A DNA stretch of 64,000 bases from an uncultured Ignavibacteria bacterium (GTDB lineage Bacteria > Bacteroidota > Ignavibacteria > Tepidaquicellales > Tepidaquicellaceae): NCBI GenBank assembly GCA_963806045.1, contig CAWDWP010000018.1, positions 2,068-66,067 of the forward strand, read 5' to 3'. This document shows positions 28,619 to 38,488 of this stretch, piece after piece; position 1 is the stretch's first letter; each line of letters opens with the position of its first letter. Below the pieces are notes generated by a model that worked only from the letters and a program-made list of their open reading frames with translations, was not told where the DNA came from and made no database searches. The translations under genes were made by a program, and so were the position numbers.

Positions 28619-29548
28619 TTAGTTATTAAGAATGTTTTCCAGGTCGGATAAACTGGATATATTTATAATTTCTACATCAGGATTAATTTTCTTTATTAAT
28701 CCTGTTAAAACTTTTCCCGAGCCGATTTCATAAAATTTTGTAATACCGTCTATAATCATATTTCTCATCGAGTTCTCCCATTTAACGGGAGATATAAGTT
28801 GACGGTATAGTGCATTTTTAATCAATTCTTTATTTGTAATTGGAACACCTTCAACATTTGTATAAACCGGAATTATCGCGTCATCAAATTCTGTATTTGT
28901 TAGTGCAACTCTTAATTCTTCATCAGAAGTTTGCATTAAAGGTGAGTGGAATGCTCCGCTTACTTCAAGCTTTTTTGCTATCTTGCATTTATAGGGTTCA
29001 GCTTTTGCAATAATAATTGCGCGCTCAATTGCAGAAATATCTCCCGAAATTACAATTTGTCCGGGGCAATTAAAATTTGCAGGTACAACAATTTCTTTTT
29101 CTGAAGCTTTTTCACAAATTTCTTCAGCTTGACTTTCATTTAAACCAATAAGTGCTGCCATAGTTCCTGGTTGAATTTCACCGGAATTTTTCATTAATCT
29201 TCCTCGTGTCTTAACCAATCTCAAACCTTTTTCAAAATCAAACGATTTAGCATATAAATTAGCTGTGTATTCCCCAAGTGAATGACCTGCAGTAGCGCTA
29301 GCCTGAATCTTATCGTTTAATATTGAAAACAGAACATAAGAATGGACAAAAAGTGCGGGTTGAGTTATCTGGGTCTCCTTTAAAATTTCAGAAGGGCCTT
29401 CGAAAGAAATTTTGCTTAAATGTATTTCCATTATTTCATCTGCCTGAGCATATATTTTTTTTGCAGAATCAAATTTCTCAAATAGATCCTTACCCATACC
29501 AACTGTTTGCGAACCTTGTCCGGGAAATACAAAAGCAATTAAACTCAT
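28619..29548 (-). CDS. fabD: Malonyl-CoA:ACP transacylase
   Basis: 'FVFPGQGSQ', 'GHSLGEY' and 'VSGAFHSPLM' are present. Confidence 0.9.
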   Translation of the reverse strand: MSLIAFVFPGQGSQTVGMGKDLFEKFDSAKKIYAQADEIMEIHLSKISFEGPSEILKETQITQPALFVHSYVLFSILNDKIQASATAGHSLGEYTANLYAKSFDFEKGLRLVKTRGRLMKNSGEIQPGTMAALIGLNESQAEEICEKASEKEIVVPANFNCPGQIVISGDISAIERAIIIAKAEPYKCKIAKKLEVSGAFHSPLMQTSDEELRVALTNTEFDDAIIPVYTNVEGVPITNKELIKNALYRQLISPVKWENSMRNMIIDGITKFYEIGSGKVLTGLIKKINPDVEIINISSLSDLENILNN

Positions 29549-29640
29549 AAGTACTATAATTATTTTAATTAAAAAATTACCTAAAATGATTTATTAAATC
29601 AATTTAAGAATTATTCAATATTTAGATACTAAATGAAATT

Positions 29641-29667
29641 AAAAGAATTTCAATTTCAAATTCTTTT
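29641..29667. promoter_or_regulatory. Perfect 10-bp inverted repeat in the divergent fabD / pgsA intergenic region (candidate operator)
   Basis: The sequence is aaaagaattt-caatttc-aaattctttt, within a 170-nt AT-rich region between divergent lipid-synthesis genes. Confidence 0.3.
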
Positions 29668-29718
29668 ATCTATTTTTAAATGAATTTTTTAAGATATTAA
29701 TTCCATTATTATCATTAC

Positions 29719-30324
29719 ATGACATTTCCTAACCAGTTATCTGTACTAAGGATTATACTGTCACCGGTATTCTATTTCATGTTTTTATCTGATAACCCGA
29801 TAGTCCGGAGATTATCCATTGTTGTTTTTATTTTAGCAGTACTTACAGACTGGTATGACGGATGGCATGCTCGAAAATACAAATCAGTTTCTAAATTTGG
29901 TATATTTATTGATCCATTGGCTGATAAAATTCTTACTTCATTTTCTTTCGTATTATTTTATACACTGGATATAATTCCACTATGGATGGTTATCGTTATA
30001 ATATTCCGGGATTTGCTGATTACTATTTTACGCTCTTTCGATGAACTTAAAGGCTTTACCTTAGAAACTTCGTATCTGGCAAAAGTAAAGACTTTTATTC
30101 AGATGACATATATATTATTGGTATTAGTACTCTTATCAATTCTCACATTTGATATCGATGATGGTATTAAAGATAATATTTCCAAATTCCTATCACATTC
30201 TAACGCGATAAATTATTTTCTGATGGCGCTAATTACATTTCTTACGTTATATACAGGTATTACGTACTTCTTTCAGAAAAAATCCCCAAAAATTGAAATT
30301 AATAAAGAAGAAAAAAATAATTAA
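29719..30324 (+). CDS. pgsA: CDP-alcohol phosphatidyltransferase (phosphatidylglycerophosphate synthase-like)
   Basis: It has 'DWYDGWHARKYKSVSKFGIFIDPLADK' (D-G-x2-A-R...G-x3-D-x3-D motif). Confidence 0.8.
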   Translation: MTFPNQLSVLRIILSPVFYFMFLSDNPIVRRLSIVVFILAVLTDWYDGWHARKYKSVSKFGIFIDPLADKILTSFSFVLFYTLDIIPLWMVIVIIFRDLLITILRSFDELKGFTLETSYLAKVKTFIQMTYILLVLVLLSILTFDIDDGIKDNISKFLSHSNAINYFLMALITFLTLYTGITYFFQKKSPKIEINKEEKNN

Positions 30325-30820
30325 TACTGCTCACAAGGTAGATTTATTTAGTGTCGCATTCTCGAGCGGATTATTCGTCGGCTATATTCCGATTGCGAGT
30401 GGAACTTTTGGAAGTCTTTTAGCGCTTTTGTTTCTTCTTATACCCTGTTTTTCAGAATATTATATTCTTCTGCCTGCAATCATTATAGCGTTTCCTTTTT
30501 CCATCATTACTTCTGAAAAAATGACTAAGCGGTATGGTGATGATCCCTCAGTCGTGGTTATCGATGAAATAATAGGTATGTGGATTACTATCCTCGTTGT
30601 AAAAATATTTATGTATGATGGTTCTAATTTATTTTATCTTCCGATAGTTCTATCATTTTTGTTATTCCGGTTTTTTGATATTGTAAAACTATATCCTGCA
30701 AATTATTTTGACAAATTGAAATCAGGTTTCGGTATAGTTATGGATGATATAGTCTCCGGTATTCAAGCCGGAATCCTGACATCAGTATTAATATATTTTT
30801 ACAACAATATTTTCAAATAA
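30293..30820 (+). CDS. pgpA: Phosphatidylglycerophosphatase A
   Basis: 'GYIPIASGTFGSL' and 'DPSVVVIDEIIGMW' are present. The TTG start overlaps the pgsA 3' end, so the exact start is uncertain. Confidence 0.8.
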   Translation: MKLIKKKKIINTAHKVDLFSVAFSSGLFVGYIPIASGTFGSLLALLFLLIPCFSEYYILLPAIIIAFPFSIITSEKMTKRYGDDPSVVVIDEIIGMWITILVVKIFMYDGSNLFYLPIVLSFLLFRFFDIVKLYPANYFDKLKSGFGIVMDDIVSGIQAGILTSVLIYFYNNIFK

Positions 30821-32082
30821 TGATGATTTCGAAATTAATTTCTATCGGAGATGAAATTTTAATCGGGCAGATTATAAATTCTAATGCATCTTACATTTCT
30901 GAAAGGCTTTACAGGGCTGGAATTCTTGTAAATAGAATTGTAACAATCGGAGATAACGAAAACGACTTAATCGGAGAACTAAAAGATAGTTCGAAAAATT
31001 ACGACTTAACAATAATCACAGGGGGTCTTGGTCCAACGCACGATGATCTCACGAAATCTATATTGGTAAAATTTTTCAATGATGAATTAATTAAGAATTC
31101 TGATGTTCTTAAGAAAATCAAAGAAATATTCCGCATACGAAATATAAAGTTTCCTGAAGTAAATGTGCAACAAGCATACGTTCCTCAAAAATCAAAGATC
31201 ATCTGGAATAAATACGGCACAGCCCCAGGAATTTTGTATGAAAAATTCAATAAAGTTTTTATTGCTTTACCCGGTGTTCCCTTCGAAATGAAAGAAATGA
31301 TGGAAAGTGAAGTAATACCGCTATTGATAAAAAGATTCAGATTGTCTATGAAAACAAAGTTCAGAAGTTCTACAATCCTTACGACAGGTATTTCAGAATC
31401 TGAACTTTTTGAAAAACTCGGAAATATTAAGAAAATTACAAAACAAACAAAACTTGCATTTTTACCTTCATTAACAGGAATAAGAATGAGAATAGATTCT
31501 TCAGGAAAAAATTTAAATGAGGTGAATGCAAAACTTTCTATTGCTGAAAAATTAATTAGAAAAAAAATAAATAAATATGTATATGGAAAAAATGATGATT
31601 TAATGGAAGAAATTATAGGAAAAATATTAATCAGGAAAAAGAAAACATTATCAGTCGCTGAATCATGCACCGGAGGTTTATTTGCATCAAAAATTACAGA
31701 TATTAGCGGAAGTTCAAAATATTTTTGTGGTGGAGTTTGCACTTACACAAATAATTCAAAAATTGATATATTAAAGGTGAGAGAAGAGACATTAAAAAGA
31801 TTTGGAGCTGTCAGTGAAAAAGTTGCTATTGAAATGGCAGTTAATGTAAAGAAAAAATTTTATTCTGATATTGGATTATCAATAACAGGCATTGCAGGTC
31901 CATCAGGTGGAACTAAAATAAAACCGGTAGGGACTGTTTATATAGGTTATTCAGATAACAAAAATACTTTTGCAAAAAAATTTTTATTTGGTACATATCG
32001 TGAAAGGAACAGACAAAGAGCTGTAATGTCAGCCTTAATTATTTTGTTTGAACAAATATCAAATATACACATCAGGAATTAA
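30820..32082 (+). CDS. cinA: CinA-family protein (MoCF-binding domain + NMN deamidase PncC domain)
   Basis: 'SIGDEILIGQIINSNASYIS', 'TGGLGPTHDDLT' and 'AESCTGGL' are present. An ATGA start/stop overlap links it to pgpA. Confidence 0.9.
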   Translation: MMISKLISIGDEILIGQIINSNASYISERLYRAGILVNRIVTIGDNENDLIGELKDSSKNYDLTIITGGLGPTHDDLTKSILVKFFNDELIKNSDVLKKIKEIFRIRNIKFPEVNVQQAYVPQKSKIIWNKYGTAPGILYEKFNKVFIALPGVPFEMKEMMESEVIPLLIKRFRLSMKTKFRSSTILTTGISESELFEKLGNIKKITKQTKLAFLPSLTGIRMRIDSSGKNLNEVNAKLSIAEKLIRKKINKYVYGKNDDLMEEIIGKILIRKKKTLSVAESCTGGLFASKITDISGSSKYFCGGVCTYTNNSKIDILKVREETLKRFGAVSEKVAIEMAVNVKKKFYSDIGLSITGIAGPSGGTKIKPVGTVYIGYSDNKNTFAKKFLFGTYRERNRQRAVMSALIILFEQISNIHIRN

Positions 32083-32086
32083 TTAA

Positions 32087-33397
32087 TTATTTTAAAATAA
32101 TCATTTTCCTGGTTTGCTTGTAGTCATTAGTTTCTATTATATATAAATATATTCCTGAAGGAATATTATCAGCAGAAAATTTTAGTTTATAAAATCCGGG
32201 ATTCTGAATTTTACTAAATAAAGTTTTAACTTCTTTTCCTTCAATATTATATAGTTTGATTTTTACATTACTCGTTTTAACTATTTTATATTCTATTGTA
32301 GTTGAAGCATTAAAAGGATTCGGAAAATTTTGGTATAAAATATTATTATTAATTATTTCGTCATTTGTAATATTAATCCAGTTCGGGAATCTATTATATC
32401 TAAAAATCGTTCCATATAATCCTACAGCCCAACCATGGTTTTCGTCAACAAACTGAACATCATTAAGCGTTGAAGTATCGGGCGTAGGGATTTCTGACCA
32501 GTTATTGCCTGAATTTGAAGTAAACGCAAAAGTACGGGCATAAGAAAGGGGTACCCAGGCTTCATTGTTTGTTCTAAAAGAAATCGATTTGCCAATGCCA
32601 AAAAAATACAAGGGATTATATTCCCAGCTAAATCCCGAGTCAGTTGATTTAATTAAAATCATTCCATATTCAATATCACCACCAACACAAAAAACGTTAT
32701 TGGAATCAAGGAACGCTAAATCGTACAAAGGTTCTCCCGCTATTCCCTGACCGACCCAGTAATTACCGGTGTTTGATAGTTTCCATGCAACTCCGGAAAG
32801 GTCAACCATTCCTCCACATGCCAAGACATTTCTTTCATTATAAATTTTAATACGATTGATTGAATTAAATAAAAATTGAGAAGTATCTAGTTGCCGAACC
32901 CAATTCGAACCTCCATTAGTTGTTTTGAAAATTTTACCCAGATGTCCACAAGCCCAACCGGTTGATTCATTAAGAAAACTAATTGTAGTCAAAAATATTA
33001 ATGAATCGGTGAATGTGTATTTAGTCCAGTTAACTCCTGAATTTGTCGTTTTCAGTAAAATAGAATTAGGCCATCCAAAAATATTAAATCCAACTGACCA
33101 TCCTGTGGAAGAATTTAAGAATCTAATATCATATAGATCGAAATCTGTATTGGTATTTTGAATTATCCATTGATTACCTCCATTTGCAGTATGTAGAATT
33201 ATTCCTGAATCACCTGCAATCCAGCCATTTAAAGTATCAGTAAAATAAACACGATTGAGCGGTTTGTTAATATTTGATGCTTGCCTATTCCATAAATTAT
33301 CAGGAATGGAAGAATTTGATATATTAATAAAAATCAAAAAAATTTCGATTATCATTAATACATAGGGATAAAGAAAATATTTATAGATGGATTTCAA
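32087..33397 (-). CDS. Secreted Ycf48/BNR-like beta-propeller protein with a T9SS C-terminal sorting domain
   Basis: It has repeated 'TGW..G..G.I..TTNGG.NW' blades and a C-terminus 'LYQNFPNPFNASTTIEYKI...GIYLYIIETNDYKQTRKMIILK'. Confidence 0.75.
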   Translation of the reverse strand: MKSIYKYFLYPYVLMIIEIFLIFINISNSSIPDNLWNRQASNINKPLNRVYFTDTLNGWIAGDSGIILHTANGGNQWIIQNTNTDFDLYDIRFLNSSTGWSVGFNIFGWPNSILLKTTNSGVNWTKYTFTDSLIFLTTISFLNESTGWACGHLGKIFKTTNGGSNWVRQLDTSQFLFNSINRIKIYNERNVLACGGMVDLSGVAWKLSNTGNYWVGQGIAGEPLYDLAFLDSNNVFCVGGDIEYGMILIKSTDSGFSWEYNPLYFFGIGKSISFRTNNEAWVPLSYARTFAFTSNSGNNWSEIPTPDTSTLNDVQFVDENHGWAVGLYGTIFRYNRFPNWINITNDEIINNNILYQNFPNPFNASTTIEYKIVKTSNVKIKLYNIEGKEVKTLFSKIQNPGFYKLKFSADNIPSGIYLYIIETNDYKQTRKMIILK

Positions 33398-33546
33398 ACT
33401 ATTATATTTTATGTATTAAATTATATATTATAATTAAAAGTTTATAGGAATAAGAGCATTTTATATAGAATATAGAATATTGAATTTTTTAACTTTAAAA
33501 CTTATATTAATAAAATATTTTATTCAAAAATTAATTCTTTAACATA

Positions 33547-35589
33547 ATGAAATTATTTACAAAATTTTTCCAGAATTCCTTTGTTAGAAATATTTTTTTG
33601 GTGAGCATCTCAGTCTGTGGTTTTATTTTATTTCAGGCTCAGATTAGCCAATATGTTGACAATCCGGATATAGACAGATGGTGGGTTACAACCGAAGCAT
33701 TTCAAAATCATAATCAACCTCAACCATTAATTATTGTAACTGATGCTTTTGGTTACGATAATTTTAATATGGGTGTTGATAATGCTGAAGTCAGCATTGC
33801 GAACAATCCGCGTAATCCTTTATGGTTCTTTAATGGTTGGAATGGTAATCCGTTGGGTATTGCAGGAACTCATCATACAGAAGATGGATTTGATCCATGG
33901 GCGGTAAATAATCCTTCTTACTCAACAGCCGGCGATCCATGGGCAATGTATGACAGTTTAGGAAATTTATATTATCATAATATGGGACCTGGTGGTGTAA
34001 ATACTTGGGTGGCGAAATCAACAAATAATGGTTTAACGTGGGGTCCGCAAGTTGCTGCTTGTACCGGAAATGATAGAAATACACTTTGTGCTGACCAGAC
34101 TGCCGGACCATATTCTAATTATATATATACCGGAGAAACAGGTTCAGGAGGAGCAACATTCTTCAGAAGCACAAACTTAGGAGTATCTTTTCAAAGTATG
34201 ACAGTTTTAACTCCGCATAACTTACCGGGTATAATGATAGCAGTAGGACCGAATGGAGCAATACAAGGCGGAAGTGTTTACGCTGTGACTTATTCAGGTT
34301 CGAATGCAGCTGGAACATATAATTTCCATCGTTCAACAAACGGAGGAACTTCTTTTACTTTGATGTCAAGTATTTCAGGAATAGGAGTGATTGGTACTGA
34401 AATAAGCGGCAGGTCAACAGTTAATGCAATCAGGACAAGACCTTACCCTATGATTGCAGCAGATAATAGCTATGGACCATACCGAGGAAGACTATATGTG
34501 GTATATGCAAATAATCCGGGCGGAACAAGTGGCTTAAAATCGGATATTTGGTTAAGATATTCAACTGATTTTGGTGCGACATTTTCAAGTGCTATACAAG
34601 TAAATGATAATTTGAATCCGACTTTAAGTAATCAGTGGTTTCCTGCAATTTGGTGTGAAAAAACTACAGGTTATTTATATATTAAATGGTATGGTGATGA
34701 AGAAAATCCTGCAACTTTTCAAACTAGCGTTTATGCAACACATTCAACAACCGGTGGAACAACATTTTTACCAAGTCAAAAAATCTCGAATCAGTCATTC
34801 CCTTACCCAAATGTAGGACCTTGCTCAGGTTGCGTAACAAATTACAGAGGTGATTATGATGGAATCGTATCCAATGGCTATGCTTCAATGGCGGCCTGGT
34901 TTGATGGAAGAACAGCAAATGTGTGGGGCAGTTATTCAGCCTATTATCCGGATTTTGCAATGAAGGTAAGTACAACTTCTTTATCCGTAACTAATCAAAA
35001 TGATAGTGCGTTTGCTTTTGTTAGTATTCCGGGTATTAAAAATTATTCAGATGTGGCAAAATTCAGCGCAACTGTAACTCCTACTCCAACTACCGGAACA
35101 TTAACTTTAACCATGGTTAATAAAACTAATAGTGTCCCGAAAGATTCTTTAAATGCTTTTCCTGATTCTCTAAGGTTAAGGGTAAAAGCAACCGGAGGTG
35201 TAACGATAGGAACTTACACCATTAAGGTGAAAATTTGTGGAGGAAATGGAATACCTGTTCATTATCGCACAATTACACTGAATATTGGACTGGTTGGTAT
35301 CTCTGGCAATAACAAAGAAGTACCGGAAAAATTCAATCTCTATCAAAATTATCCAAATCCATTTAATCCAATAACTAAAATCAATTTCTCAATTCCAAAA
35401 TCACAATACGTTACATTAAAAGTATATGATATTCTTGGAAAAGAAATTTCTGTATTAATAAATTCAACGTTGAAACCTGCTGAATACAGTGTTGATTTCG
35501 AAGGTGAAAATCTACCTAGCGGAGTTTATTTCTATAAATTAGAAACTCCAGAATTTACAAGTACAAAAAGTATGATTTTAACCAAATAA
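33547..35589 (+). CDS. Secreted BNR/Asp-box (sialidase-fold-like) protein with a T9SS C-terminal sorting domain
   Basis: The Asp-box-like repeats are 'STNNGLTW', 'STNLGVSF', 'STNGGTSF', 'STDFGATF' and 'STTGGTTF'. The C-terminus is 'LYQNYPNPFNPITKINFSIP...GVYFYKLETPEFTSTKSMILTK'. Confidence 0.75.
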   Translation: MKLFTKFFQNSFVRNIFLVSISVCGFILFQAQISQYVDNPDIDRWWVTTEAFQNHNQPQPLIIVTDAFGYDNFNMGVDNAEVSIANNPRNPLWFFNGWNGNPLGIAGTHHTEDGFDPWAVNNPSYSTAGDPWAMYDSLGNLYYHNMGPGGVNTWVAKSTNNGLTWGPQVAACTGNDRNTLCADQTAGPYSNYIYTGETGSGGATFFRSTNLGVSFQSMTVLTPHNLPGIMIAVGPNGAIQGGSVYAVTYSGSNAAGTYNFHRSTNGGTSFTLMSSISGIGVIGTEISGRSTVNAIRTRPYPMIAADNSYGPYRGRLYVVYANNPGGTSGLKSDIWLRYSTDFGATFSSAIQVNDNLNPTLSNQWFPAIWCEKTTGYLYIKWYGDEENPATFQTSVYATHSTTGGTTFLPSQKISNQSFPYPNVGPCSGCVTNYRGDYDGIVSNGYASMAAWFDGRTANVWGSYSAYYPDFAMKVSTTSLSVTNQNDSAFAFVSIPGIKNYSDVAKFSATVTPTPTTGTLTLTMVNKTNSVPKDSLNAFPDSLRLRVKATGGVTIGTYTIKVKICGGNGIPVHYRTITLNIGLVGISGNNKEVPEKFNLYQNYPNPFNPITKINFSIPKSQYVTLKVYDILGKEISVLINSTLKPAEYSVDFEGENLPSGVYFYKLETPEFTSTKSMILTK

Positions 35590-35623
35590 CAACAATTTCT
35601 TAGTAAGAAGAATTAATAAATAC

Positions 35624-35653
35624 AAAAGCCCGCAATATGCGGGCTTTTGTTTT
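35624..35653. terminator. Bidirectional intrinsic terminator
   Basis: The hairpin is aaaagcccgc-aatat-gcgggctttt followed by tgtttt, between convergent genes. Confidence 0.8.
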
Positions 35654-35670
35654 AAAATCCAGAAAATTAT

Positions 35671-36444
35671 TTAACTTCTATTTCTAAAGAAATCAAGAAT
35701 GATTCCTGCTGATACTCCTACATTTAATGATTCGCATTTCGTATATCCTTTAATCTTAATCTTTTCAAAATCTTTATTGGAAATTAATTCTTCACTTACT
35801 CCTTTAGCTTCATTTCCAAATACAATTATTTTTTTTCTTGTTACATCGATTTTAATTCCATCTAATAAATTTTCAGTATTTAACGAAGAAATAAATACAT
35901 CCCAGCCTTTCTTGTGAAATTTTAATAATTCACTTTTCAAATTAGTGTTAGTATATATTTCCGTATTGAACAATGCCCCTTGTGTACTTCTAATAACTTT
36001 GGAATTGTAAATATCTACAGAATTTGAACTTAGATATACTTTATCAACACCATACCACCAGCAGGTTCTCAGAATAGTACCAAGGTTTCCAGGATCATTA
36101 ATATCCTCGAGTGCGACTATTAAACTATCTTTAACATTGGAACTGATATTTCCCTTACGGATAGAAACTACAGCAATTATTCCCTGAGAGTTTATAGTCT
36201 CTGAAAGTTTATTAAATTGGATATCGGTAATTACCTCCGGTATTAATCCTGATCCAAGCAACTTCCCGGATAATTTATTATTATAATCTTTTCTAATAAA
36301 AATTTTGCGAATACTCCGGGAATAAAACACTGAAGACAAGCACTCTTCAATTAGATGAGTACCTTCGATTAAAAAAAGATTTTCACTTTCACGGAATTCT
36401 TTTTTTAGAAGGTTCGAATAAAATTTCAGTTCATTATTTGTCAT
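35671..36444 (-). CDS. TrmH/SpoU-family RNA 2'-O-methyltransferase
   Basis: It has an N-terminal substrate-binding domain plus 'DPGNLGTILRT', 'GNEAKGVS' and 'ESLNVGVSAGIIL'. Confidence 0.85.
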   Translation of the reverse strand: MTNNELKFYSNLLKKEFRESENLFLIEGTHLIEECLSSVFYSRSIRKIFIRKDYNNKLSGKLLGSGLIPEVITDIQFNKLSETINSQGIIAVVSIRKGNISSNVKDSLIVALEDINDPGNLGTILRTCWWYGVDKVYLSSNSVDIYNSKVIRSTQGALFNTEIYTNTNLKSELLKFHKKGWDVFISSLNTENLLDGIKIDVTRKKIIVFGNEAKGVSEELISNKDFEKIKIKGYTKCESLNVGVSAGIILDFFRNRS

Positions 36445-36841
36445 TTCTTAACTCAACGTAATTCTTATCGGTTTCATACAATTTTAGCGAATATAACTTC
36501 GCATTAGGGAAATTCAGCTTAGGTTCCAATATTTCCCAAAATTTCTTTACCATATTCTCAGTAGTTGGAATTGAATTATTAAAGATTTCAATATCATTCA
36601 GATATTTATGGTCAACTTTATCTACAATCTCTTCCAGAATAATCTCTTTTAATAATTTTAAATCAACCACATAACCGCTTTCCGGGTCAACTTCGCCGCA
36701 TAATGTCACTTCAAGATAATAATTGTGACCATGGAAATTATTGCATTTACCGAATAATAATTCATTTTTCTCTTCATTGAGATTTGGATTATGAAGCTTA
36801 TGCGATGAAGAAAAATGCTCTTTTCTGGTGACGAGTATCAT
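36434..36841 (-). CDS. queD: 6-carboxytetrahydropterin synthase
   Basis: 'FSSSHKLHNP', 'GKCNNFHGHNY' and 'LYETDKNYVE' are present. Confidence 0.9.
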   Translation of the reverse strand: MILVTRKEHFSSSHKLHNPNLNEEKNELLFGKCNNFHGHNYYLEVTLCGEVDPESGYVVDLKLLKEIILEEIVDKVDHKYLNDIEIFNNSIPTTENMVKKFWEILEPKLNFPNAKLYSLKLYETDKNYVELRNDK

Positions 36842-37138
36842 AAAATTAATTTTTCCTAATTAAAGAAAATTAAATCCAATAATAAACTCAAAATTAAATA
36901 ACCACAAAATCAGATTTTAAGTTTTATTTATTTATTGAAGCTAGTTATAGAAAGGATAATAATCAGAATTACTTTTAAAAACTAATTCTCATTAGATTTT
37001 AACTATTTGGATTTAAAAACTTGTTTACTGTCATATTAATTCCATTAATATTTTATATAGTTTTTAATTTATCTATTTTGTTTAATTGAAACTTATTATC
37101 TTATATAACGTAATATAAAACAATAATATATCATTTTA

Positions 37139-38476
37139 ATGAAAAAACTAATAATATTAATACTTTTTTTTGCATTAACTAATTATTGCCTTCCACAGGA
37201 AAAGTTAAACCTAAAAAAATCCATTCAGATTGCTCTTGAAAATAATATGGACCTGGTCACGATTAAGAATAATATAGATATACAAAATCTGTATATTAAA
37301 TTATCAAAAGGAAGTTTAATCCCAACTTTAAATTTTTCGACCGGTTGGCAAAGATCAAATTCAATTTCCAAAGGGGGAGTTATCTATCAAAACGGAATCC
37401 CTATTCCAGTTCCGGATCAGAATACGACACGAGATAACTGGAGTTTGGGGCTTAACTCTTCAGTTACTCTGTTTAACGGATTTGCAAATTATGAGAATAT
37501 AGAACTAAATAATCAAATTGTCGAATCGTATAATCTCCAGTATGAAAATCTTAAAAAAAGTATTATTATTAATGTTACTTCGAAATATTTTGATTTACTG
37601 AAAAAATCTTATATTGTCGGAATTTATGAGGAGAATCTGAAAAATTCCCGTGATCAGTTAATAAGGATTCAGGAATTTGTGAATGTAGGCAGTAAAACAA
37701 TATCTGAAGTCTATAAACAGGATGTTCAAGTAGCACAGAACGAACTGAGTCTTGAAAGTTCTATGAACGATATGGCAAAGGCAAAAGTTGATTTACTATT
37801 TGCAATGTATGCAAATACGGATATGGATATTGAAATTGACCTGAAAGAATTTCCTGATTATTCTATCGATGAACTAAAAGTGAGATTAAATAAATATGGA
37901 AATGTTGCAGGACTATCAACTATGGCATTAAGTAACAGATACGATTATAAAAGTTCATTGCAGGATATTAAAATTGACGAGACAAGGTTATCAATAGCGA
38001 ACAAGAATTTATTCTGGCCTACCTTAAGTGCATTTGGAAGCTACAATCTTAGTGGACCTCAAGCATACCAAATTGATAATAACCGGTCATTTTCATTTGG
38101 CTTAAGCTTGAATTATGCAATTTTTCAGGGTTTCAACTTGGATGTAAATCAGCAAATTGCTAAAGTCAATGTTCTTCAGAAGCAACAGGATTTATCAAAA
38201 TTAGAATTACAAATCAGATCTGATATTAAAAAAGCAGTGGTTGATCTACAAACAGCATACAAACAGGCTGAGATACTTGACAGAAGTATTACTTCTGCTG
38301 AACAGGATGTTAAATTATCGGATGAAAACTATAGAATCGGAAGGGGAACACTTCTGGATTTACAAACAGCAATCGTTGCATTAAATAATCTGAGAATTAA
38401 CAGAATAAATGCTGTATATGGTTTTCTGCTTGCAGAAAAACAAATTGATTACTTAACAGGTATAATAAATTATTAA
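37139..38476 (+). CDS. TolC-family outer-membrane efflux protein
   Basis: It has a signal peptide and two OEP-type repeats, and it is the first gene of an efflux operon. Confidence 0.85.
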   Translation: MKKLIILILFFALTNYCLPQEKLNLKKSIQIALENNMDLVTIKNNIDIQNLYIKLSKGSLIPTLNFSTGWQRSNSISKGGVIYQNGIPIPVPDQNTTRDNWSLGLNSSVTLFNGFANYENIELNNQIVESYNLQYENLKKSIIINVTSKYFDLLKKSYIVGIYEENLKNSRDQLIRIQEFVNVGSKTISEVYKQDVQVAQNELSLESSMNDMAKAKVDLLFAMYANTDMDIEIDLKEFPDYSIDELKVRLNKYGNVAGLSTMALSNRYDYKSSLQDIKIDETRLSIANKNLFWPTLSAFGSYNLSGPQAYQIDNNRSFSFGLSLNYAIFQGFNLDVNQQIAKVNVLQKQQDLSKLELQIRSDIKKAVVDLQTAYKQAEILDRSITSAEQDVKLSDENYRIGRGTLLDLQTAIVALNNLRINRINAVYGFLLAEKQIDYLTGIINY

Positions 38477-38488
38477 AAATAAATAAAT

